Assembly (NCBI RefSeq): GCF_009834535.1
Contig: NC_045696.1
Span: 117,926,001 to 117,990,000 of the forward strand
Direction: 5' to 3'
DNA length: 64,000 nucleotides
From: Camelus ferus
Taxonomy: Eukaryota
Positions 1-11,946 of the stretch are shown piece after piece; position 1 is the stretch's first letter, and every line of letters begins with the position of its first letter. The position numbers and the translations under genes are program-made. The notes below the pieces were generated by a model. It was not told the DNA's origin. It did not search any database and saw nothing but the letters and a program-made list of their open reading frames with translations.

Positions 1-802
1 TGGGCAGAGGAGGAAACTAAAGCTTGGAGAGGTGAAAAGACTTGCATAAGTTCATGCTGTTAGCAAGTGACAGCTTCGGAATTTATTTTTTTAATGAAGC
101 TTAGTTGATTTACAATATTGTGTTAGTTTCAGGTATACTGCAAAGTGATTCAGTTATACATATATTTTTTCAGATTCTTTTCCATTATAGGTTATTATAA
201 GATATTGAATATAGTCCCCTGTGCTATACAACAGGACTTTGTTGTTTATCTATCTCATGTACAGTAGTTTGCATCTGTAATCCTATACTCCTAATTTATT
301 CCTCCCCATTCCCCTTTCCCTTTGGTAACCATAAGTTTGTTTTCTATGTCTGTGAGTCTGTTTCTGTTTTATAAATGAGGTCATTTGTAAATTTTTTAGA
401 TTCCATATCTAAGTGATATTATATAATTGTTTTTCTCTGTCTGACCTACTTCCCTTAATATGATAATATCTAGTTCCATCCATGTTATTGCAAATGGCAT
501 TGTATCATTCTTTTTCATGGCTGAGTAATGCTCTACTGTGTATATGTGTGTGTATATATGTGTGTGTGTGTATATATACACATACATACATACATACATA
601 TATATGTGTGTGTGTGTGTGTGTGTGTATATATACCACAGCTTCTTAAGCCAGTTATCTGTTGATGGGCACTTGGGTTGTTCCCACATCTTGGCTATTGT
701 AACTAGTGCTGCTATGAACATTGGAGTGCATGTCATCTCTGGAATTTAAAATTAGAGGGTGTAGTTCCAAAGTCTGCAACCCAGCCTCTAAGCCACGCTG
801 CC
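1..802 (-). mobile_element. MIR SINE remnant split by an L1 insertion (pieces ~1-77 and ~749-802)
   Basis: gaggaaactaaagcttggagaggtgaaaagacttgc... matches the reverse MIR core and resumes after the L1 (ggaatttaaa...ctctaagccacgctgcc). Confidence 0.65.
86..740 (-). mobile_element. 5'-truncated L1 3' end (ORF2 C-terminus + 3'UTR) with internal TG/TA/CATA microsatellite
   Basis: Minus ORFs read CTPMFIAALVTIAKMWEQPKCPSTDNWLKKLWYIY and MPFAITWMELDIIILREV (L1 ORF2 end); poly-T at left; TSD ggaattta at 78-85 and 741-748. Confidence 0.95.
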
Positions 803-1665
803 TGAGCATAATCCTCCTCATTGCTTTGCAATTCCTGTCCCTGGCTCCTTCCTAAAAAAGATCAGGACTCTGCAGGGAAAATACCATGTAGGGGTGGTAT
901 GGTGGGGAGGAAAGATGACATGTAACCATGGAGCAGGATTCTGTCTTCTGGGGTCACTTCTGTGAGGACCCTGTGGGAAAAAGCCACAACCACTGCCTCT
1001 GGCCAGGAGGCAAAACTTCAGCTGAGGAGTTGGTGGGTAAGAAGGGAAAATGCCTTAAAGTCATTGATGAGAGAGGACAGCATCAAGAGCTGCTTCAAGG
1101 TGAAGGCAAACATATCAAGAAACTCAAAGAATCATGCTATCAACATCGGGGGTTCCAATAAACTTGGTAGAGTTTCTCCTTGAAGTTCAGTGGATTTCTG
1201 ATAATCCAGCTGTAAAAGAACTGGGAGTGGAGGAAGGGGTTAGATTGACATTTATCAGGAACAGACAGCAAGACATTCAACAATTTAGACAGCCTTTTGA
1301 TTTTGTGCCATTAAAAAAATAGTTTCTTGATAATGTGAAGTTCAATGCTTAATTGAAGCAGGTCCCTGTTTTCGGAGAGTTCCCCCTCCAACACATCTGG
1401 TACTTTGAATCTTGGTGCTTATGATTCATTTTCAGTGGTTTGCCTCTTGCTGAGTTCCTGTCCCCAGCTCTGGCCTCCTCCGTGTTGCCCTCCCCTTTTT
1501 ATAAAGTTTAGGTGGATGCTGTGGGAGGAGCCTGTCTGTTCTAGAACTGGGCATTCTCAGCTTGTCTGCAGTGGGACTGGGGGATGAGTGTACACCCAGG
1601 GACTTCCTGTTGGGCCCTGAAGCTTCAGTCAGTGACTGCTTCACAGCTGGACCTTCTGTGGGCGC

Positions 1666-1977
1666 CTTAGTCCATTCAGGCTGCTGTAAAACAACACCAT
1701 GGACTCGGTGGCTTATAAACATCTACTTCTCACAGCCCTGGAGACCAAGGTGGGGGGAAAGCCTGCTTCCTGGCTGCAGACTTTCTGTGTCCTCACACGA
1801 CAGAAGGGGAGAGGGATCTTTCTGAAGCCTCTTTTATAAAGGGCACTAATCCCACTCAAGAGGGCCCCACCCTCGTGGCCTAATCACCTCCCTAAAACCC
1901 ACCTCCAAATCCCACCACCTTGGAGGTTAGGATTTCCGCATGTGAGCTTGTGGGGACACAAACATTCAACCACCACA
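1666..1977 (-). mobile_element. MaLR solo LTR, MLT1A-like
   Basis: cttagtccattcaggctgct...ggtggcttataaaca...ggggacacaaacattcaac matches the reverse MLT1A pattern. Confidence 0.85.
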
Positions 1978-2735
1978 CAGGGAGATGGAAGTTTTCAGAG
2001 GACTAAAGGGGGAGAGAAAAAGTGTTCCCTTAACTTGAACAAAACTTTAAAATCTGGACCAAAGGAACAAAAATCATATTGATAGTGAGGAGGAACGGTC
2101 AGGGTAATAATAATAATCGACTCAAAAGGTGTCTTTACTGAAGAGACAATGCATTTTAAGACTTTAAAAACCCTGCCAGAAGATCCCAGATAATAAAGAA
2201 AGGAGATCATACAGGAGCATCAGCAACAAAACACCGATAGCTTCTGGTTTGGGATTTTAAATGGTAATTGTCTGTACCAGCTACATTAAAACAAGCAAAA
2301 CGTTTGTCAAGTCTGTTGAATTAAAGACAAGACAGTACCATGCAAATGTGAAATACAAAAAGAAAAAAACCTAAAAATCATCTGCAAGAAAAATGGCAAT
2401 CAACATACCCCTAATTTAAGTGAACATCAAGGTTAGTGTAAATTTCCAAGCAACTAAAGCAGAAAGAACATTTTAACCAGCGGTAAAGTTCTAAATTTGA
2501 TGACATCACCTGCCATGGGAAGAAAATTGTTTCTGCTTTGTTTTTCATGAAGATGTCCTCCCTACCCTATGTTTCCCCAAGCAAATACATAATACAAATG
2601 CATTTCAGACTGTAGGTGGTTTCTCCCTTATTTCTTCCTATGAAAACACAAATACCACCCCCAGCATATTACTCAGTATCCAGTAGTCTGTGGAGTTCAA
2701 CATGTGGATACACTCTGATTTTGATTAAAACATAC

Positions 2736-3369
2736 CTGGGCATATATCTGGAGGGAACTCTATCTAAATCAAAAAGACACACACATACCAATGTTCACAG
2801 CAGCACTATTTACAATAGCCAAGACATGGAAGCAACCTAAATGTCCATCAACAAATGACCAGATAAAGAAGTTATGGTATATTTATACAATGGAATACTA
2901 CTCAGCCATAAAAAAGAATAAAATAATGCCATTTGCAGCAACATGGATGGACCTGGAGATCATCATTCTAAGTGAAGTGAGCCAGAAAGAGAAAGAAAAA
3001 TACCATAGAATATCACTTATATGTGGAATCTAAAAAAAAAAATACACAAATGAACTTATTTACAAACCAGAAACAGGCTCACAGACAGAAAACAAACACA
3101 TGGTTACCAGGGAGGAAAGAGGGTAGGAAGGGATAAACTGGGAGTTCAAGATATAAAGATTCTAACTACTATGTATAAAATAAACAACAAGTTTCTACTC
3201 TATAGCACAGGGAACTCTATTCAACATCTTGTAGTAACCTATAATGAAAAAGAATATGAAAAGGAACATATGTATGCATATGGATGACTGAAACATGATG
3301 CTATGCACCAGAAATTGATGCAATATTGTAAACTGACTAAAAAACAAAAATTAAAAAAAAAATTTAAAG
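2736..3369 (+). mobile_element. 5'-truncated young L1 3' end
   Basis: ORF 2791-3033 MFTAALFTIAKTWKQPKCPST...ISLICGI is the L1 ORF2 C-terminus; A-rich tail; TSD aaacatac at 2728-2735 and 3370-3377. Confidence 0.95.
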
Positions 3370-3905
3370 AAACATACAAGTGAGAAATGCACAAATCTAC
3401 TGTGTTTCCTTTATGTCATGCTTCAGTGCCTCGCACACGTTACCAAACAGTTATTTCATTCTCTCCAGGGGAGATGAGGCCAGCAGGGTGTAAGGTGATA
3501 GGCTTGAAGAATAAAGGTTCAAAGACGGCATCTCCTCCCCCTGAGAGCCTTGTCCTCACACAGACTCCGAATCCTAAGCTCCACCCAGTCAGCAGTCTGA
3601 GGCTCAGCCTCACCGAGCACACGCCCTTCAGCGGCATGCCTTGAGAGGAGACCAGACCACTGCTTTCTCTCTCTCTTTCATGTACTCTCAGGCTTCCATG
3701 AATGATGGGCTTTTGATCGTTCCTTTGCAGCTTTTAGTAGTTGTAAAACCCCGAGGCTGCTGATTTGGGAATATCTAAACATATACTTTTTTCAAGATCT
3801 ACACTTTCTCAAGTCTAAATAAACAGCCTATATTCAATTTGTAATTGGCTTTTATCAAGAGTCACTCATCTCCCTTTAAAAAAAAAAAAAAAACAGAAAA
3901 CAGCC

Positions 3906-3987
3906 TGGGCTTTGTTGTTCTCCTTCAAAGTCCTTTTTAAGGAAAAAAAAAATATATGTATGAAAGGTACAGTAAGCTTTAGTGTCC
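3906..3987 (+). repeat. Diverged direct repeat, copy 1 (copy 2 at 5141-5223)
   Basis: tgggctttgttgttctccttcaaagtcctttttaag...aaaggtacagtaagcttt aligns by eye with tgggctttgttgctctccttcaatgtccttttttaaag...aaaggtacaataggcttt. Confidence 0.85.
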
Positions 3988-4829
3988 GGTGTGGACTGTT
4001 CTCTGCCAAGAAACCCATCCTAAGTGTTTTATTCACACCCCAAAGTTGCGTAAAGGAACAAAGCGGATATTATTCTTTAAATCTAAGTTTAAACGGTTTA
4101 ATGAGTGGAGCCAATTGAAGGAAATCATAATTGCTAAACAGGATTAAGTTTACAACAGCCTCGTGAAAGTCTGCAGAAAAGCACAAACACAAAGATAGAC
4201 CGGGACAACGGGAACGCATTTGTATGGAGCTGCTGTCCCAAGACTCCCTTCTCTAAAATGCTGGTATTATGAATCAGCATGCGTCAAAAACGCTAACCTC
4301 TGTGGTCCCGCATTCTCACTTGATCCGTATTATTTATGTTCCACACTCTATTATGTAACTGGCAAACGTTTTCACATAGTAAGGCTCGCATGCCACCAAC
4401 GGTGATGTACAATCAGACTGAATGACTTTCCCCTGCATTAGGAAATGAGGTGATCCCACCCGGTCCCAGTCATTTGTACACCCTTTGTACTCCACCATTT
4501 ATCTCCAGCCTAATGGATTTTATGCAGGTGATCCAAAGTTGGGGGCTTACTTCTCGACTCAATTAGCTAAATTATTTCTTACCATTTCAAATCATAGCCT
4601 AAGGCACCACAAGGCAGCAATTTAAAGGAAAAAAAAATTAAAGTGGGACCATTCGTGCTCAGACATCAGACCTGTAGTAAGAAAAGCCCTTGGAAAATCC
4701 AGAGACCAGCCTGCTCTTCCATTTTGTAAGCCCTCCACCCCCAGCTATTGACTTGCCCTCAGTCTTAGGTTTCTAAGAAAGCCCCGCATTAGAGAAAACA
4801 CTTTGGGGTATTTGTCAACAAGGCTTGGT

Positions 4830-5072
4830 CAGAAGACCCTTCTGCCAGATGCTCAGAAAAAGAGGGTTTTATGGTCTCATAAGTTTGGGAAATGTGTATC
4901 TCACAAAGCTCACTGACATATTCAAAGCTCCGAGACGTCCTGCATAAACTTCTAACTTAGCTGAGTTCCCATTGAGAAGCCCCCTATTTCCCAGAACTGA
5001 GGCCACAAAATCTCATTTTCAACATAATATTCCACAAAAACCAGCGTTCTGCCGGGTTTCACTTTGGGAAAC
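4830..5072. mobile_element. hAT-Charlie MITE remnant (MER112-like)
   Basis: ataagtttgggaaatg...ctccgagacgtcctgca...cactttgggaaac motifs typical of MER112/113. Confidence 0.5.
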
Positions 5073-5140
5073 CCAATTTTCGAGTGCCAGATTGGCTCGC
5101 TGCTTCCGTTGTCTTTACTAATTCAAGTGGGACAATACGT

Positions 5141-5223
5141 TGGGCTTTGTTGCTCTCCTTCAATGTCCTTTTTTAAAGAAGACCAAAATACGTGTATTAA
5201 AGGTACAATAGGCTTTCGCGTCC
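5141..5223 (+). repeat. Diverged direct repeat, copy 2
   Basis: Aligns with 3906-3987. Confidence 0.85.
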
Positions 5224-5505
5224 TGAGTCTTTTGTTCTTTATAATCCACTGTCTCTAGAGTTCTGCAGATGGTTTGAGTTTTTATGGAAATGGGAATTTG
5301 TTTTGGTGCTTCAGCCACTCGCTGATTTGGGGTCTGAAGCACGTGTTCTCTGTCCCCTTCCTTCCTGGGGCACAGGGTGAAAGGTTTTCAGAATGTATCC
5401 TGTTGACCTTTTACTTGGAACTTTTACCAATGTTTAATTTTCACCCAACATAGAACCTCACTTAACAGTCTCTGCATGACTAGTACTAAGGCAGCCAAGT
5501 GGACG

Positions 5506-6009
5506 TGTAATAGAAAAGAACAAATCTGACTCCATATTAGATCTGTTTCTTTAGCTCTAACCCTGTGCTCTGTTTCCTGTGCTGGTTCTGCACCTTCTGT
5601 AAAAGAATGTTGCCTAGAGCCTGAAATACACAGGACAGCCCATTCTCAAGGCTCTGACCTTTAAGGGTAGAACACTTTCCATTCATATAAAGATAAAAAG
5701 TTACAGAATAGAAAATAACATTTGTCTTGTTGGAGGTTTGCAGGAACACCACAACCTGACCTAGGCCAACAGCTGCAAGAACAAAGGATTCCGACACCAA
5801 GAAGTTTGCAACAATCAACCACACTCCCTCCCTTTTTGATATAAAAGGAGCCTGAATTCGGACTTGGGGAAGGATGGCTCTCTAGGACATTAGTCCCCCT
5901 TCTTAGTGTGCTGACTTTCTGAACAGTCATTATTCCTTGCCCCAACACCTCATCTCCCAATTTATTGGCCTGTCGTGTGGCAAGCAGAACGAGTTTGGAC
6001 TTGGTAACA
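5506..6009 (+). mobile_element. ERV1-class solo LTR (copy A)
   Basis: TG...CA termini, ~500 bp, TATAAAA at 5840-5846; closely related reverse-complement copy at 59215-59721. Confidence 0.85.
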
Positions 6010-7279
6010 AACTGTTTAATACTCACTCTCAGTCTGCTGACCCCAGTTCCAGGGCCTCTACAGCAGAGACACACACCTGATTAATTACAAAGCCTCACAG
6101 ATCTGATTTCCCTCCCTCCAGTCAAGTAATGCCCTCAGAAGACGACATCCCACATGATCGGGCAGCCTCCATGCCACAGACCCTCACATCCCCAAATTCA
6201 GAAAGCTGAACCCAGTGCCTCCACCATCAATGGGATTCAGCAAGCACCTAGCATAATAAAGTCTTAGCTCCAAAATGCTAAGTTTTGCCAGAGCATATGG
6301 GATTATAAAAGCAAATGTGTATTCTGCATAATATTGTGTCACATTATCAGGCACATTTTTTTTCAAAGGCAACACCCACAGGTCTGAACAACTTCAGTTT
6401 CATGCAAATTCTGCAAGAAAGAAGCTGTGCTTACTTGTCACTTTTTTGTTGTATCAGCACAGCGCCCCAGGGTGGAATCGCACCTCAGTTTGCTTTGCCA
6501 TTATTAGTGTCTACCTTTGCAAATACTCTCCCCACTTGCTGAAGGACTTCTGGCTCTGCACGAGAGTTCTCTGTGCACGTCCTTCTTCTGTGATTGGCAG
6601 AGAGGAGCTTCTGTGAGTACAATGATGCAACCCCATCCTCCTTGGGAATTCAATATGCTGTACCATTGATGCCCAACCCCGCACGCTTTTTATAATCATA
6701 GCCATCATCTTTTTATTATGTCTTGGACTTGAGGAGGCCTGAAAGCAGATGTAACTCATGATGACCTGACTTCAATGGGAGAATGAACCAGGTGGCTAAT
6801 TGTCTCTAAAACAAATACACTGATAATTAGCAGGAGAGCACAATGCAACAGAAGCCTAACCACCAACCTTTATTTAAGTTAAGCAAATGGGTGAGCAAAT
6901 GATGCAGCTGCACCGCACTTTGACAAGTTAATAAGGGAGCCATACTTCATCCGTCAGCCACACTAGCCAAAGCATGCCCTCAGGACTTGGTATCAATGAT
7001 GCTAAAACTGTGAACTTGGGAAATTGTCAATGCTCACAACACTGAAAACCCCTTGTCTGAGTACTTTGTGGGGCCAGGGTTTCAGGTGCTAGATTTTCTC
7101 ACCTCTGGAATGCTGGGGTCAAAGCCGAGACAATAGGAAGACAGTGAGATCTCACCCATACACGCTGGAAGTGCTAATGATCGCAGCTCTCTGCAAGTGC
7201 TGATTTAGTGACAGCACCATCGCAAATTTCATTTTTCTAGGGTTTAGATTACTCTGCTTGGTTTGACTGACGTCTAGAT

Positions 7280-7752
7280 CGGGGTTCAGCAAACTTTTTC
7301 TGTAAAGGGCCAAATAATAAATATCGTAGGTTTTTCAGGCCTTATGATCTTGGTCAACATTACTTAGTTCTGCCATTTTAGCACTAAAGCAGCCAGAGAT
7401 GAGTCAGAAATAAATGAGTCTAGCTGTATTCCAATACAACTTTATTTATGGATGCAAATTAAATTTGATATAATTTTCACTTCAAGAAATATTATTCTTG
7501 GGGGGAGGGTATAGGTCAGTGGTAAAGCACATGCTTAGCACGCACGAGGTCCTGCGTTCAATCCTCAGTACCTCCATTAAAATAGATAAATAATTTTTAA
7601 GTGTGGTATTAAAATCCTGATTTAAAAAAATAAATATTATTCTTCTTTTGATTTTTTTCCAAGCATTTACAAATGTAGGAATAATTGTTGGTTTACAGAC
7701 CATACCAAAACAGGCTGGGTTTGACCCATGGGCTGTAGCGGCCTGACCCCTG
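7280..7752. mobile_element. MER58B-like hAT-Charlie DNA transposon interrupted by a SINE
   Basis: Ends cggggttcagcaaact... and ...tgacccctg; 8-bp TSD gtctagat (7272-7279) / gcctagat (7753-7760). Confidence 0.85.
7500..7631 (+). mobile_element. tRNA-derived SINE, camelid Vic-1-like
   Basis: ggggagggtataggtcagtggtaaagcacatgcttagc...gttcaatcc with A/B-box-like motifs and AT-rich tail; perfect 13-bp TSD aaatattattctt at 7487-7499 and 7632-7644. Confidence 0.9.
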
Positions 7753-8074
7753 GCCTAGATTAATTCACTGAGCTGGAATTAAGGTTTCAGGGACCACAGT
7801 GGGTTATCCTCTCTGGTTTCCTGCTCATAAGTTTTTACTTGTACAAGAGAATTCAATTCTTGAGGGAGATGGAATCAAGGCCATGGGAATGGGATATTCA
7901 AATTACTTGATCCAATAAATACATATTGATTGTCTGCTGCCCCAGGTCCTGAAGGGCACAGATTCTGGAGGAGGTTACAATTCAGAGTTCCAGTTGGAGA
8001 CACATTAACCCAAGTCTCAGGCAAAGAGATGCTTGTCTGGATGACTTGTCATTAGATAATAAAACACACAGGTT

Positions 8075-8500
8075 CTTTAACCCAAATACTTCATTTCTGA
8101 GAATTTATCCTAAAGAAATCATTAAAATTAAAGGACACTAATGAGGATGTTTACTGCAGTATTGTTTACAAAAGCAAAAAATTCAGAGGCGAGCTAAAGT
8201 TCAAACAATAGGAACTCTGTTAAACAATTCATTGTCATATTCTATACAATGGATTATTATGTAGTCATTAAAAGCGTGATGCATAAGACTGTATTATCAT
8301 GGGAGGATGGCCAACTTGAAGGGGGAGGCAGGCCTATAACAAGACAATAAAGACAAAACGATCTAACTTTTGCTTTTAGAATTGCAGAAAATACCTAGGA
8401 GCGTATAACCGACGTGTGGGGTTACTATTCACCTCTGGAGGATAGGTAGACTGGTTCTTAACTTTTTCTTCCTCTGTATTATATTTTCAAATTATTTTTA
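8075..8500 (+). mobile_element. Old L1M (L1ME-like) 3' fragment
   Basis: ctttaacccaaatacttcatttctgagaatttatcctaaagaaat...gatgtttactgcagtattgtttaca resembles a degenerate L1 ORF2 end and 3'UTR. Confidence 0.65.
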
Positions 8501-10756
8501 TTTCATTCATTCAATGCATATTTATTCAGCACTGACGTTTGGGGCCCTGATTTTCTTCAGTGGGAATTTTATATTTTGTAATTAAAAAAAAAAAAAAACT
8601 GAAGACATTAAAGAGGAGGCAGTCCTCAAAATTGAGTGTAAGAATGCCTACAGGCAATTGGGGTGAAGCTCGTGGGAGCCCATGTCTTAGAGGAGCCACC
8701 GGGAAGGATGAGGGCCAGACAGAATGAAGCAGAGGCAGCTGGGAGCGGGGTCTCTGAGGTGTCTACAGCTACATGGGTAGCACTTGTTAGCAAGACTGCA
8801 TATAACTCTGTTGCTCTTTCTACCGTTTTTCTGAAACCAACCCCTGTAAGCATCTCCCAACCTCATCAAGGGACCAATGGATGAGACACTAAGGCATGAC
8901 ATAACTCTAGCCCAATAACACACAGGCCTGTAATGCCCCTTTTCTTCCGAGAGAGAGAAAGATAGATATGGGCAGGCAACTTGTTCAATTAGGGAATCTT
9001 CCTGGGGGAAAAAAATAGGTGACTTAACAGAGCATCCTCATCATAGTAGAGTCTAGGCTGACAGGGATTGTTTGGGTGGATTTTGACATTTTTCTCAAGC
9101 AGGGTGTGCTTTAAAGCACATACAGTGAAGTATCAGAATGGTGCTGATGAAGACTAGGAAAGTAAAACACTTCCACAGTTTTCCTACAGTCTTCTCTGAT
9201 GCCTTGGTCTTGCTGAGGTATGTCATCTTTTCAGGTGCTGATCCTAAGTATTTGTGCTTCTAACATTTGAGTATGTCAGTCATTTTGTACTGCATTTGAG
9301 GTTACACCTGCCATGTGGCTCAGAAAACCCCTGAGATAAGAGGTATTTACAGGGTTAGTTGAAGACATGGACATACAGTCCTGTCCTCTGTATCCCATGT
9401 AGCACATATTTATTTCAACTCTGAGATTTTTATTATGAAAACTCAGCTCCAATAACAATTGAACCTGAATACCAGAATGCATTGCTTTCAGTGAGTTCTT
9501 GCGTGAATTCAGACAGCTGGATATAGCTTTGGCTACGCTGATGCCTTACTAAAAGCATTTTTATGGAAGACGTAACGATGGTCTTTCTATGGAGAGAAAC
9601 TAGAGGTCCGATGGACCTGGGGAACTTCTTAGTAAAACTGATTCTGCATCTCCCACTTTGCCTGCACTGCTCCCTTCCCCTACATACTTATGGGGTGGGG
9701 GTGGGGGGGTCTGTTTGATTCCCTGCATCTCTCTTCTCTTTGACATCGGGTAATTCTCTTTCAGCCTCCTAAAATAATAGTTCTGGTGTGCGGCTGGCTG
9801 ACGACCCAACACACAATCAAAACCATGCTGGCCAGATATGTGTAACTGCTTCTCAGCCATTGCTGATCCATCTGTCACTTTCCGAACATTGGTTTGGAAA
9901 AGGCAATCATGAGCAGAGAGAGTCTACCAGGCACGCTTGCTTACACACATTGCACACTCACATACACACGTACACACACTCACTTGTATGGAGATTGTGT
10001 GTGTGTATCTAGAACATAAACTAATATTTTTCAACAATAGTTTTACCTCCATTTATACCACAGTTGTTGTTGTTTTGATTTCAAAACAAGCTATCTCTTT
10101 CCCTCAAAGGGAAAAACCTGGAATGTTGCTTTCAACGCTGTCATTTTTCAAAAGATCCTTATCTGTACTTCAGGGTGAACCAGGTTGGGGCACAAAGATT
10201 TGCATCAGCTATTTTGTTTCTACACAGACTCAAAGGAGCAACAACCATCTAAACAAAAAAGAAACCTAGAAACAGTTGTTTGAGTCTTTAATCTAACACT
10301 TAATTTCCCCATTAATGTATGAAAATTCTCCAGAGGCTTGGTGATGAGCTTGCATTGCTATTTTTATTTTTATCAATAATAATAGTGGTTTTTATTGGGT
10401 GCATCTTTTCCAGAGAGTGATAAGAAGTTTATGCAAATCATCTTTTCATCCTCACACCATCTCTGAGGCATAGCCAAAGGGTGCATCGTTTCATCCCAAT
10501 TGAAAAAATAAAAGGAAATTGGTAGAGATGTCCGCACAGGGAGGATAACCGGCCTTGAATTTGATTTGAGGTTTTATTCTCTCCCTCCTTCAACCAATTC
10601 TCTCTCCAGCCATTGCCCACTGAGTGATTCTTTTTAGAAGTCTGTTGGGTGATGTCATTCCTTGCTTGTGCTGTGGAGGCTACGCGGTGCCCGGCCTGTC
10701 TCTGGAATCTCATCTCATGCCTCCTTCTTTGTTCACTCTGCTACGCTGTTACTGGC

Positions 10757-11190
10757 TGCTTCAGGTGGGATACCTCAGAATCATCTCCAGGGACAAGGAT
10801 CCACATGAGAGCCATTTATTAGAAAGTGTTCCAGGAAAAGCCAGTAGGAGAGTGATGCAGTGGGACAGGAAAAGAAGAAAACCACGTGAGGGTGAGAAAC
10901 CAAGCAAAGCCCCAGGAAGTACAAGCTTGGCTCAGTTCTGCAGGGAAGTGGCCTGGGAGGTGTCCCCATTTAGCAAGAGAGCTGGGGAATTTATACTCCC
11001 ACTCTCAGTTTCCATAAAGGACTACCCTGGAGAACGTCCATTCCCGGAACTTCCAGCTCTGGGGACTTGCAGGCAAAGTGAATTCTGGCAGCCTGCAGGC
11101 AGCCGTCCAGTAGAGACGCAGTTGCTGCTATGGGGAGGGAAACACACCGGAGGGATGAATCTAAACAGCCACTGGCAGATCTGGATCTCC
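10757..11190 (-). mobile_element. ERVL LTR remnant (LTR33/LTR16-like)
   Basis: cagggacaaggat...atttattagaaagtgttccaggaaaagccagtaggagagtg...gggacaggaaaagaag resembles the reverse LTR33 end. Confidence 0.55.
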
Positions 11191-11389
11191 AAAACACTCC
11201 ATGAAGACATCCTGAGGCCTCAGCAAGGTCTGCCCCTCTCTGGACCTCTTGTCCCCTGGCCCTTTGCACGGGTGCCTTCTTTACCTAAGAGAGTTTCTGC
11301 TTCACTATTACCTCAATCTCCTGTAAGTGGAAGTGGAACTTCCTCTGTTGAAACAAAGTTCTCTGAGGCCCTGCTTTCTTTCTCTTTCT

Positions 11390-11560
11390 GAGCACTTATC
11401 AGAGTGGTCTTGGTTTGCTGCCTCCACTTGTATGTTTGCCTCCTGTCTGTGGCTCTCATAAAACGTAAGCTCCCTGAGGGCAGGGGCTTTGTGTGTCCTG
11501 CTCTCCACTGTATCCCAAGCACTTTGCCCAGCTTCCAACACCCAGGAGGCACTCACTCAG
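11390..11560 (+). mobile_element. L2 LINE 3' fragment
   Basis: aagctccctgagggcaggggctttgtgtgtcctgctctccactgtatccc...aggaggcactca matches the L2 3' end. Confidence 0.7.
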
Positions 11561-11708
11561 CTGGGGTTTCTTGAAGAAGTAAATCAATGAGTTATTTAAA
11601 AAAAAACTTTTTTTGTTCAAATAATTGAGGTGTAATGTGTTTGGGTCCTAATATCAACTAGTATTCTTATTTTCTACTTCCTTTTTCCTTCATTTTTTTC
11701 CCTTCTTT

Positions 11709-11901
11709 TTGTCTAAAATAAGCTCTCTTATGAACTTTTGGAACACCCTGGTATCCACCAACAGATGACCTGTCCAACACCCAATTCCCAGTGGTCATCA
11801 CAAACTGTACCCCGCTGGCCACCATGGAAAATTTCCACCCTGCCTTCATGAAGGCCACTACCACCAACCTGTCGAACTGTCTTAAGATGTCTTAGATGGT
11901 G
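11709..11901 (-). pseudogene. MSR1: Frameshifted fragment of the macrophage scavenger receptor 1 SRCR-domain exon (processed/chimeric copy)
   Basis: Minus strand reads [41 protein letters not shown][frameshift][16 protein letters not shown]. This matches the recalled MSR1 SRCR start VRLVGGSGPHEGRVEI(F/L)H.GQWGT(V/I)CDD.WE...VVCRSLGY.GV..VHK.A(Y/H)FG. There is a ~5-nt deletion at RSL and a short duplication (catctaaga) at the 5' end. Confidence 0.88.
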
Positions 11902-11946
11902 AGTTCTGGAGGCAAGAAGTCTGACATCAAGATGTCAGCAGGGCCG
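11902..11946 (-). mobile_element. Short MaLR LTR fragment (MLT1C-like) ending at the LTR splice donor
   Basis: Minus strand ccggccctgctgacatcttgatgtcagacttcttgcctccagaact matches MLT1 ggccctgctgacaccttgatttcagacttctggcctccagaact|gtgag and stops just before GT. Confidence 0.8.

Noticed and set aside
396..749. Short ORFs with H/T/Y/V/C repeats
   Set aside because: L1 ORF2 remnant plus an expanded dinucleotide microsatellite.
7500..7575. tRNA gene
   Set aside because: The A-rich tail and TSD show it is a tRNA-derived SINE.
10624..11391. Longest ORF (255 aa)
   Set aside because: Overlaps an LTR33-like remnant, starts at a non-ATG codon and shows no recognisable domain.
11667..11708. Tail after the MSR1 exon translates ...KEKGSRK, resembling the MSR1 collagen end (KGEKGSG); this would imply back-spliced exon order
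   Set aside because: Similarity is only ~4 codons in low-complexity purine sequence; a decayed poly(A) tail is simpler. Could be rechecked by aligning to the preceding MSR1 exon.
11667..11867. Functional MSR1 gene or exon
   Set aside because: Frameshift, loss of a conserved Trp, no splice sites and no other MSR1 exons in the window.
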